Assembly (NCBI GenBank): GCA_026023565.1
Contig: JAPETS010000051.1
Span: 124,001-162,717 of the forward strand
From: Cirrosporium novae-zelandiae
Lineage: Eukaryota
DNA length: 38,717 bases
Direction: 5' to 3'
Shown here piece after piece: positions 21,865-32,668 of the stretch (its first letter is position 1; every line of letters starts with the position of its first letter). Made by a program: the position numbers and the translations under genes. The notes below the pieces were generated by a model. The model was not told the origin of the DNA, did not search any database, and saw nothing but the letters and a program-made list of their open reading frames with translations.

Positions 21865-22666
21865 AAAATTCAATAGGATGAATGTTAGGGACGGAGTTTT
21901 TGACTTTTGGGTTCTGCATGGCTAGGATCTCCTGCTTGTTTAGTAGTAGGGTTAGATTTATGAAAATATGAAATAAAATGAGTTCGCTCTCGTATCTGTG
22001 TTTGATGCCATGTAAGCAATCCTCGAAGATCTCGACCGCCAAACCTAGACTAAGAAAAAACATGGTCGAGCCAACATCACACCTCTCTAGAGTTGAATAT
22101 TTGTCAGTTGCCAAAGTTGATATCACAATTGAGGCCGTACACTAAATACACTAATAGAATTCTGTTTGAAATGTAGGATTGCCATTCATCATAGACCATA
22201 CGGCTTTTCACAATCAACCCCCTTTCCATCCTAGTACAAAATAAAACAAAACTTGAAAGCAATGGCCCTTGCATGGACTTCTGGTATCATAGATAATAAA
22301 TGGAATGAAAGAAAACGCCTGTAATATCCCCACCACCTAGCCAGGTGAGCCAGGAAGATAAAGCCATGCCAGCCCTTACAGCACAGCCATGCAACCCCCT
22401 ATCTAAGATAGTAGCCAGATTGCGGTTGTGGCGACCCAAGATTATCACACCTGACCACAAAAATGCCAGCATCTTTGATATTCAATGTGCGCGATCCACA
22501 AGCTCTAAATAAGCTAGCGAATAAAAGAACTATCCCCGAGGCCTTCAGCGATTATTTTCCCCAAAAGTTCGTTAAAGGTAGAAACAGAGGCTATCGTAAC
22601 ATCATTGCGTTCCTGTATCGAAACAAAACTTGACTTTTGTTGCCTATTTTGATGTACAAGGGCTTC

Positions 22667-23867
22667 TTAATCAATAGTCATTCTCGTTGGGACAGATCTT
22701 CCGATCAAGTTGGGCTGCATTTCATTTATCGTTCCCTTTTCCTCATCAACATCATATTTTGGCTTGGTGATATAAGGCTTCAGTCCTTTTCCAAAGTTCA
22801 GCATGCATATGATGGCATTAGCGATGGTGAGTACGATAAGGAGAATAGTTAGAACGGCAAAGGTTGTCAAGGTCTTCCGAACGGTAGCAAAAGGGGCTGA
22901 ATGCCCAGGTTCATACATGCGCACAAGTTTGAAGAGGAAGTAAGCAAGCGCAGCAAAATAGAGAATCTAACGACAAGTTTGTTAGAGAAATCCTAGTCTT
23001 GAGTGAACTTGGACAACATACTATAATGATGATCATTCCAGTCATATTTTCACGCTTGGTCCAGAATGCTGCCATTAGGAGGATAAAGATTGTGATTGGA
23101 ATAGCGGCAAGAGTAAGCCCAAACTCTGGGTCTTTGGTATTGATGACAATGACCACAAACTGCACCGTGAAGCCAAGGAAGAAGAAAAAGTCAAACTTCA
23201 GCAGCGCGATGTAAATCTTTCCTTCATGTCAGTAAAATCATTTTTACACAGTTAAGCGGAAAACTTTATACGAACCTGATAGGTTAGATATCTCCGCTTC
23301 ATCCTTAAATCGGCACTGATCTGCTTGTAAATGGTCCAAGCGAACTCATCATAAAGTTTCCAAGCCACGAAAGACATGATAATACTGCAGAAAGCAATGA
23401 CGCATGGGATTGCTATCAGGTATGGCCGGCATGCTTTCCAATCAGGATGTCCATCGCTACCCAGCGATAGCACTGCCTGCTTAATCTGGTCCATTTGGAC
23501 AGAGCCATAGATGAGCAACCCGCAATTGTACATGCACAGTCCAAGCACTTGAATGGTGTTTTTGAGTCGTAAAGCATCCCACACGAGGACGAGTTGATAA
23601 AGAAATGCGAAAATATAGAGAGTGAGGAATGTAGGAATGGTTCGTATTTGCGATTCTGAGGGATTAGCTCCATCTTTATGGAGATCGAGCTGAAATCTAG
23701 CAAACACGAATCTATAGTAGATATTAGCATTTAGACTTGAGGTAGCGATGAAAATAATGACAGGAGATGCTGATCACTTACGCTTCGAAAGCAAGCACGA
23801 GGGCAGCTTGGGAAAAGGCGATGGCTACAAAGGCCCAAGACCATTTGGACGTTGGAATATACATCAT
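22667..23867 (-). CDS. UPF0658-family multi-pass (Golgi) membrane protein, about 338 aa; exons 23867-23782, 23711-23276, 23216-23022, 22966-22667
   Basis: TIPTFLTLYIFAFLYQ..DALRLKNTIQ, LYDEFAWTIYKQISADLRMKRRYLTYQ|IYIALLKFDFFFFLGFTVQF, NFGKGLKP, terminal RMTID. Three GT-AG introns in frame. Confidence 0.88.
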
Positions 23868-24952
23868 CGAGGATCGCGAACCTTTGCTGACACCAGTGGA
23901 ATGGAAAGCACCAGTAGGATAATTTCGATGGGGGGGTCGACCTCCGAGGAGGGACGCCCGAGATTCGTGGTGATAAATTTTGCCGGTGTTGGCGCTCCTC
24001 TCAGGGAGCAAGCCCTCTTGGGAAATTTTATAGTCCAGGATGAATGAAATTTGATGAAATTGCGCTTTGGGGCGGGGGTGGGTGGGTGTATCTCCCTTAG
24101 CAGCAGGCGACACTGCTATTTGGTTGGTCTCACGTGGGCTGACCTGGTGTTCTTTATCCGTTCAAGCGGTAGAATCGGCTAGCTTTGGCTTCTCGTGTTG
24201 GAATTTAAAAAAAGAGTTTTGGTTTTGGACAATAATAACACGGCGAGTGTTAGAGGATCAAAGATGGAATTTTAGCCGGTAAGATTTGATGATGGCGATG
24301 ATGGTAAATTATTATTGTTGTGGTTGTTGGTTGATTTTGTTGATGTTGATGTTAAGTTGAATTGAAAGTTGATCCGAAATAAAGGTAGGGAGAGGTGTGT
24401 AATAATGTAATAGTAAGGGAAGGTCCTTTGGTAAAGCTTCTGAAACGCTTGGAGCGACAGGCAGATACGAAGTCTTCCTTTTTGCTTTAACTTCCAAGCT
24501 TCCAAGAGATCCTTTTTTCTTTTCAGTTCTATGCCTAATTTTTTGTTCCTTTTGCTGTTGCGGGCGGACTAGGCTGACTGGACAATGAGTGACATGGGAC
24601 AACGATTGACGAATGGACCTTCCAACAAATTCTTCACTCCAACTGCAACTTCAATTGCAACAAATTTTTTGAATGAAATAGGATTTCCTTTTCGATTTGA
24701 ATCGGATTTGAGGCTGATGGAGGGAGGGGGGGGGTGGTTGAGAAATAACGGTAGGTCACAGAAGGAAGATTTTAGTTGGGCAGGCTGGGGATTTGTTAAT
24801 TAAGGTCGGATCGGATGGGAGTTGGCTCGGAACTAAGTAGTAGGGTCCGACGGAGCGTTCGAGGGTCAGAGGGCCAACACTTACGAGGCCCTATACCTAA
24901 GTAGTATTTCTTGGCCTTCTTTTAATCGATCAAGTCTAATCTAAAGAAGAAG

Positions 24953-25004
24953 AGGAAAAGAAAAGACAAGAAAAGACAAGACATGACAAGACAAGAAAAG
25001 AAAA
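24953..25004. repeat. purine-rich microsatellite (AAGAC/AAGAA units)
   Basis: gaaaagaaaagacaagaaaagacaagacatgacaagacaagaaaagaaaa. Confidence 0.7.
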
Positions 25005-25857
25005 TGATGTTAATATCGAATGCACAAAAAAATTTATCTAATTTTTACAAGATCAAATAGGAAAGAGATATTTATGGATATGTGGATTGGGGGTGTGTGG
25101 GAAGGGGGGGGAGGGGCGAGGATAAGACGATGATGGTGATTGATTGATTCACTTCATCTCGATTGCTGAGATGAGAAAATCCTTTGTAATTGTTGTAACT
25201 TGTAACTGTGGTTGGTTGGTACTGTTACTGTTGTTGTTGTTGTTGTTGGCGTTGTTGTAATCTTGCTTTTGTGGCTCACTTGGTTTAATCTCTCCGTGCT
25301 CTCCTTTCTGGGGTTGAAAAGCATCCTTGCGGGTCTGGCTTATGAAAAAAAGGTGGGCCGAAAGTGTGGCTAAGTTAAGGCCTGGTCAACAGTAAGGCTG
25401 CATCCGCCGTCGCAGTCATCATTTCCTGAGATATTTTTGGTTTTATTCTTTGCATGTTTATATTAAAAAACATATTACTTGCCAAGGAACATGCCAACAT
25501 TGCTAACGTTGCCAATAACCCCTAAATTGACAGATGGGAAAGGAGTACTTTGAAGAATATTTTGTGCATCAAGTGTACCTAGGTACCTTACTCGGTAGGT
25601 AGGTAGCTCCTTGGCCTGAATCTTAAGGTACCCATTATTAAAAAGATCAAAAGTGAAAAAAACACATCAGCCTCCCGCTTCTCTAAAGTAACTTTCACAA
25701 ATCAAATAGCAATAATAAAATAAAAATAAAAATACAAAGTGACAAGCATGTATGTATGCATGTATGTATATATATTGGCTTTGTATAGTTGATACCTAAG
25801 GTGTGAAATACAGTACAACAAGTTGAGCCACAATAATCAATTCCCCAAGTTGGGAAT

Positions 25858-25901
25858 TGCAGGCTGTGCAGGCTGTGCAGGCTGTACAGGCTGTGCAAGC
25901 T
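25858..25901. repeat. 9-bp tandem repeat (TGCAGGCTG) x about 5
   Basis: tgcaggctg tgcaggctg tgcaggctg tacaggctg tgcaagct. Confidence 0.9.
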
Positions 25902-26317
25902 TCTAGGTGCTCTCTTAGATCAAGGGAGCCCCAGAAAGGATCGGCTGTCAGGGTTTGTTTGATTGGACTGGTGGGATAAACCAAGGTAACAAGGCACACC
26001 CAAACATCTGGAAATCACTTCTTCTGCCGGAGTTAATGGCACGGCCCCAAAGAAGAAACAACAGGACCAACAGGACCAACAAACACATCTCAACCACTCA
26101 ACTGTCCCCTAATTTTTGGAGGATCCCATAATTCCCCCATTACCCATCTCCTGCCCGATTTGATCACTGCTTGTCGGCTTCTATCCTTTTTCATCCAAGT
26201 CTAGCTTTTCATAGATCCACTATTATGAAAATTATTGCATGAAACCTATTAATGGCACCACGACTTGACATTCAACACAACTAACTAGAACTATTCTGAC
26301 GCGACGACACACGCGCA

Positions 26318-27775
26318 ATGACCTCGGGTGAGTGCCTTTCTCCCAACTCTATGGCCTTGTTTACACATTGTTAGCCTCCCCTCCAAAGACCTTGAACCAT
26401 CAACCTTCAGCCACCTTCTACAGATGCCGTATCCGATGGGAGTAGAGTATAACTGACTGACCTTCTGATTTTAGACGAAAATCTGCTTGAGACTGTCGCC
26501 AAAGATGGCTCAATGGATTAGTATGTGTCTGTATCTTGGAAATTGTGTAACTGTTAATGATTTGAAAAGTTCCCAGTGGCCTGGTCTTCTTGACCGACTA
26601 CTATCTCGTTTGCATCATGTATGTTCATATCACTGAAAACAGCTGGAGAAAAAAAAAGTTGACCGGTCGTGAAGATAGTCTATACCGAATTCCCCATCCC
26701 CCCATATCCTTCCTCTGAGCCTGCGCCTTCACAGGTAATCGATAGCGACTCGTCCATATCAGAACCTCAATCCGCAGTCGCCCAAAATAAAGAGAATGCT
26801 CCTCCACCATCTCCAGCAGGTCGGCCACCAGTGCCTTTGTTCTCTGATCCTCCCAGAGAAGACCGAGCGTCAAGCTCCCACTCAGTTAGACCAGAACCAA
26901 CCCTTCCACCGCCACTTCTCGACCTGCTGTCTTCGGTAGAAACGACGATTAAGAAACAGTTTGCAGATACCCCTCCGTATACAATTCAACGGTTTGCTGA
27001 ACTTCTCCTTGAGCCAAGAAATCATTATCGAACCCTTCCTGCATACCTGCGTGCGCTTGATCGAGTAGTGTCAGTTACAAGTGGTGCTGATCTGTTTCCT
27101 TTGCCATATATCACACAGCAGCAGCCCACTCTTCCTGTGGAAGAAGACCAATCTAATGGGCGTTTCCTCGAAGTTTTAAATCCGTCGTTAGGGAGCGATG
27201 AATCCTTAGGAGGGGCGTTGTTGACACCAATCCCGTGGCTCCACCAATCAGAAACTGCCAGTGGTGATGGTGGATCAGACTCAATGAATGAGGAGTCAGC
27301 AATGGCCACTGATTCAATCATAAATGGGGTTTCTAACGGCGTTTCACAACGTGCATCAGGTGGCGTGACACAAGGGGAATTATTAAGACAAGAACAGGAA
27401 GCAGGAGTTGTACCCCTTGCCCAAACCACTTCGGTGCGAGGTACAGTGAATCCAGACAATATGTCTGATCAGGATGATCTTATTGAAGAAGTTGAGGAAC
27501 GACCACATGTTCGGGGCCCGCAGGAAGTTGGAATGGAAGACACCGGGCCGCAAGGTACAGAAAGAGAGACCCGTGAATTTAATGCCGAAGCTGCAGTGGG
27601 TAGGACAGTGTCTAGGCCCAAAAGCGATGAAGCAATGCAAGAAGAGAAACCTGCAGAATCAGATGCTGGTGTGATGGTAGTAGATGGAGATGGAAAGACG
27701 CAATTTGATGAAACTAGAGCTGATACCAGTGGACAAAGCATTGGTGCAGATGCCATAGATTCAACCGCTTTGTGA
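26318..27775 (+). CDS. protein phosphatase 4 regulatory subunit 2 (PPP4R2/Psy4-like), 401 aa; exons 26318-26327, 26475-26520, 26570-26618, 26675-27775
   Basis: F..TPPYTIQRFAELLLEP..HY....YLRALDRVVSVTS core, SDESLGGALLTPIPWL, GVTQGELLRQEQEAG. Spliced N-terminus MTSDENLLETVAKDGSMDYSQWPGLLDRLLSRLHHIVYTEFP. Confidence 0.88.
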
Positions 27776-29240
27776 TGGCGTTGGAAAGGAGAAAATAAGA
27801 AAATTGCAGAAGTGCACACTTTCTGGAACTGTTGTGGGTTGACATCGGAACAATTACCTTTGTTTACGATGCCTACTTCCTATACGTACCTGCTTCAGTA
27901 TGACTATGACACGGTCCGGATGAACCAATACCTTTTAATGTAACCTGTTGGTCTGGTTTTCTGATCCAAGTTTCATTAGCCTACTAAACGAATCCGTCGA
28001 GGCATGTGGATGCTATTTAGGAGCGCGCCTGAATTGAATATCTGAAAACCTAGTAATGTTGTGGGAGGATTTCTCTAACTAATAAGTTCTCTACCGGTAT
28101 GCACGGAGACCTCCCCAGTATTCTATATTACATTTCGTTTATAATTAAACCCATCATGACTTCCCAGGCTGTCTTTTTCTAGACAAAAAGGCAGGCAGTA
28201 CGGAAGTGTTCTAGAGGATAGGATTCTTCAAGAACCTCAAAACTATATATTTTCTTTTATTCTGAATCATGTTTTACATATGCAAAACAATCCCACTCGT
28301 ATTGAGCTCTTGGTCGAATTCTTACAATATCATCCACTTATCCTGTTTATTAAACAATCCCTCTCTCCAGAAAGACGCCACGGAATATGAATCCAGCACT
28401 CCTCGTTCTATTCATAGATTTTATCAAAACCCTAATATTTTATTTCCTCTTCACTAAAATCCTACTTTCAATCCAAGCCCAACTTGTCAAATATTCTCGG
28501 AACCAGGTCATCAGTCTTTTTCTAAGGGGGCTGTTTTATTTTTATTTGCTTGACTACCTAGGTCATTTGTCTCTGGGTGGTAAGTGGGATCCTTCATACC
28601 CCCGATTGAGACCTTCCTTAAAAGTCTTTTCCTTTAATATTTTTATGACCAAGTATAACTCTAAACTAAAATTATACTGACACCTTACCTAACTTTTACT
28701 TGTTAGAAGCATGTTTTTGTTTATGGATGTTATCATCTATGATTTAACCGAGCATAATGCGCATACCTGGCCGTGCTTTGTTTTAATTACCTGCAGCAAT
28801 CAAGACCAAGCTAATGAGAATTTGGCTATTCTTCATTCAACCCGTCCAAGTCAGTTAGTCAGTCAGTCCGTCGACCATTCAATTCGCCCTCCAACACCCC
28901 TCTCTAATAAAAAAAACCAAATATTAATAATCGTCACCCTCTCGTTTAAACGGCACCTAGATCCGCACTCGAGACTATGGATGGTGTTTGAGACTCTAGA
29001 AGTTATAGTTGTGGTTGGGGGCGGCAGAGCAGGAAATGGTAGTAGTCATATAGTGATGATGGCCGTCCTTGTCGTGAGGATGAGATCCACGGTAGAGGGA
29101 GGGGGGAGGATGGGACTTGATAATATTATCGAAGCCGGACGGGAAATCGAGTGGTGAAGGAAATTTTAGATAAGGGTGGGGAAGGAAAAGGAAAAGAAGG
29201 GAGACTTGCGCTGCTGAGTCGAGTTGTGCTGTCGTTTGAT

Positions 29241-29277
29241 TGTTGTGTGTTGTGTGTTGTGTGTTGTGTGTTGTGTT
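29241..29277. repeat. 7-bp microsatellite (TGTTGTG) x5
   Basis: tgttgtgtgttgtgtgttgtgtgttgtgtgttgtgtt. Confidence 0.9.
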
Positions 29278-30150
29278 AGGGATCCTGATATAAGATCGAT
29301 CCCGACCTCAGCCCCTAAAGAAAAAAGCGATTTACCTTTAAGATTTCGAGCTTTTGGATTTCGGACGTTTCTTTTTTTGGTTCCGAATTTGGAGAAAAAA
29401 ATTGATCTAAGGGGGGGATTCCCTTTGTTTGGTTGGTTATTGGGTATTGGGTGGTTTTGTTTGTTTAGAGCTAGATTTTTTTCGGGCTAGCTAAGATAGG
29501 TAGGTGGATAATAGTAGGGCTAGAGAATTGTAAGACTCTCTTTTTTCTTTTATTTTCTTCTTTTTTCCCCCTTTTCTTTCTCCCCCTCCTCTTCATCGAT
29601 TTCTCACGTTTATATGCATATATACAACGCAACGCAACGAGATTGAATTAAATCAGGATTCCTTTATATATATATTCTTTCACATTAGATTAGATTAGAA
29701 TCAAATCAGGTGTCACATAACTAATCAATGTGCTATGCATGTACCACATAGGATAACAGAAACTTTAGTCTGGCTAAACAAACATCTTTCTTTTCCTTCT
29801 TTGATATCAAAGACAGGGGTGAAATGTCTAAATGAGAGAAAATACAAAAAAGAAAAGAAAAGAAAAAGAACGGCTTTAATATACATATATTCTTCCAAGC
29901 CTTCCTACCATTACCAATTACCGTAGTCGTATAGGCCATTCATGCTGTTGTCTGAATGATCTATTATTCCCCCCAATGACTTTTTGGATTTCAGTTGATG
30001 CTGAAACGTATCAGATATTTCAGAAGGGAAAAAAGAAAGAAAGCAAAACAAAGCAGAACAGAACAGCACAAGATAAATCAAAATAAAATGAATAAAGAAA
30101 GAAAACCTCCTCATTATATGTCCAACACTCACCTCTCGAATTCCCACTAC

Positions 30151-31245
30151 CTATCTCCTTATCCGCATATCAGACATACTATCATCAGAATCATCCCCCC
30201 TCCCGCAAGACGCATTATTCGACCACCTTTCAATATTTCTTCTTCGTGGATTTTTGCTTTTGTTTTCATATCTTCTACCTAAATTCCAATCGATTGTGGC
30301 TTCATTGTCGCCATTGTTATTATGGTTGGGTTTCCGTCTGGATGGTCGTTGATGAGCTCTAATAATTGGTGGAGGGCCGATGAATACGGGACCTTGAAAA
30401 TCGTCTGGCAGGTTTGGGTTGGTGGAGGAAGTGGAGGAGGATGAGGAGGGGCGGCATCCGCAGTGGCAATTGCGGTGGTATCGGAGTTTGAAGTCGTTGT
30501 GGTTGCTGTCATGATGATGGTTGTAGACGTGATTGTTGTAAGTGTGGGGCTGTACTATTTTGATATTTGGAGTTGGACATTTTTCGGATTTCCGTTGGCG
30601 GGGTGGAGGAGATGGAGGTGGGCTGGGGGGACAGGGTGGACTAAGTGAAGGTGGTGGAGAATGTGGAGGACGTGGACGTGAATATGGTGAAGGGGATGAT
30701 CCCCGTTGCTGGTCTGGTGATAAATTGACTACTTGTTGTAGCTGATTTAACATTGGTTGTGGCTGTTGTTGCTGGTGGTGTTGGTGGTGTGAATGTTCTT
30801 GTAGCTGTAGTTTTAGTTTTTGGTGTTGGCGTCGCTGTTTCTGCTTTTGTTGCTGTAGTTGTAGTTGTAGTTGCTGCCGGTCTAGCTCTTGCTGATGGCG
30901 TTGTTGTTGTTGCTGCTGCTGTAGCTGTGCTTGTTGTCGTTCTTGTAATTGTAGTTGCTCGCGGTGTAACTCTTGCTGACGGTGTTGTTGTTGCTGCTGC
31001 TGCTGTAGCTGATATTGTCGTTGATCTTGTCGTTGATCTTGTAATTGTAGTTGCTCGTAGTTTTTTTGTTGCTGCTGCCGTAGCCTTTCTATTGAATGTC
31101 TGTTTTGTATTACTTCATAATGTAGCTCGGGCGATCTCGGTTCTGTGGATCTCCTAACCAAATAATGACGTTTTATGTGTGGTCCGTTTTTGCATGTGGG
31201 TTTCCATTCTCTGGTTTCAATATAGAATTTCTCTCCACAACCCAT
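30151..31245 (-). CDS. orphan low-complexity Q/H/P-rich protein, about 364 aa (alternative upstream ATG at 31365)
   Basis: 404-codon open frame; likely start MGCGEKFYIETREW. Contains Gln-rich internal repeats, a Pro/Ser block and a His/Cys patch. No family recognised. Confidence 0.55.
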   Translation of the reverse strand: MGCGEKFYIETREWKPTCKNGPHIKRHYLVRRSTEPRSPELHYEVIQNRHSIERLRQQQQKNYEQLQLQDQRQDQRQYQLQQQQQQQHRQQELHREQLQLQERQQAQLQQQQQQQRHQQELDRQQLQLQLQQQKQKQRRQHQKLKLQLQEHSHHQHHQQQQPQPMLNQLQQVVNLSPDQQRGSSPSPYSRPRPPHSPPPSLSPPCPPSPPPSPPPRQRKSEKCPTPNIKIVQPHTYNNHVYNHHHDSNHNDFKLRYHRNCHCGCRPSSSSSTSSTNPNLPDDFQGPVFIGPPPIIRAHQRPSRRKPNHNNNGDNEATIDWNLGRRYENKSKNPRRRNIERWSNNASCGRGDDSDDSMSDMRIRR

Positions 31246-32668
31246 AGCTGTAGCTATGACTGGTAGCCTTGCTTGATTAAAAATGCAAAAAGAGACGTGT
31301 TTGTGGGAAGGGATTGAAATGACGGGTTCGGATGTAGAAAAGGCTTGACTGGTAAGGAAATGCACATAAAATGGGAACCTGTAGGATTGCTTCTAGAATA
31401 TATACTCGAAAAAAATACTAAGGAAGATGACGAACGGAGCTGGCGCAGCCTGATGCATGGACATGACACCGACCTCATTTGATATCACCCAATATTCTTT
31501 CTTCTTAGAACGAACTATTCAGCTGACACTGCCATGTTGATTTCAGCTGGCATTTCGAGATAGATAGCCTGATTGGAGAGGCCGAAGAAGCGAATATGAG
31601 AAAGAGAGGGTTGCCAGATTTGGTGAAAATGGACTTGAATAATCAGAAGGCATGAATGGTGGGCTGATGGCGGTAAAGTCTTCGATCATTCCTGTCCTTG
31701 GCCGACAAGGCTGCATTGGCGAAGACACCTGCAGCCCATGTCATTAATATCAGGAACTAGAACATAGAAGAAGTAAATAGGTCTTTGATCCTCGGTTGAG
31801 TGGAATTTTCTTGAGGTTAGGACGAGATTGGGACAAGATTGTAGCCTTTAGTTGTTGAGATGGCGTACTGTGCAATTTACACTTCTTTCAATATGCTGTT
31901 GTAGAAACTCCCCGAGTACAGTGACTGCTGAGCTGTGATTCGGAAGACTTGTTGTGTAATGTACAATTATTGACAGGCTGTCGTGTGGTAAGCATAGCGA
32001 ACTGAGCTCCTAGTTTATTAAACAACAGGAATTCAATTGTCCTATCAAAATGACGGTGTAAATACTGTAGTAATGTTACACATAAATCAACAAAATAAAA
32101 GCCTAAGTTGTTCGAGTACATCATCTCTCACATCTTTTCGTTGTTGTGGATAGGTACTTTTTTGGTATGAATCCCCGATGGTTTGAGGTGAGGAGAAAAG
32201 CCTTGTTAGTTGTTTTGTTTACCCATTGGTATTTGTTTAATAGAATTGACATTAATACCCAATTCGTAATTCTCGTATCCTAAAATATTATTAGAAAAGA
32301 GAAAGAAAAAATGTGTATATACAATATTCACATAATTCCAGGCTGATGAGCTGATAAACAATTGATCTGAGATGACTGATCTTCAGGGGTGGGTGGTCAG
32401 TGGCCACACAAGTTGATAGCACAGTAAACATCGACCAATCTTCTACTGAGTACTTTATCTGCTTTGGTCGCTTTTTCCGACCCTTAGACTACTGTAATGG
32501 CTTCACCTTCATGCTTAATGCCTGGAATCCTAAAGCCAAGACAATAGGCCAAGTGACTTTCATGTAAGCCTGTTTCTCCCTCTTCTCTTCCACTTGCATT
32601 ATTATCATCATGGAGACTTTTCATTCTTTCACTTGACTATCAATGGGCCAAGTCCTCAGTGTTTAAAT

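Noticed and set aside
25858..25901. Tandem repeats as CRISPR or telomeric arrays (also 29241-29277, 37440-37470)
   Set aside because: No spacers, eukaryotic context, and no TTAGGG-type units.
28890..29280. Coding-looking minus-strand frame (…HPHDKDGHHHYMTTT…) and 148-aa plus-strand ORF
   Set aside because: No suitable start codon, and low-complexity composition explains the lack of stops.
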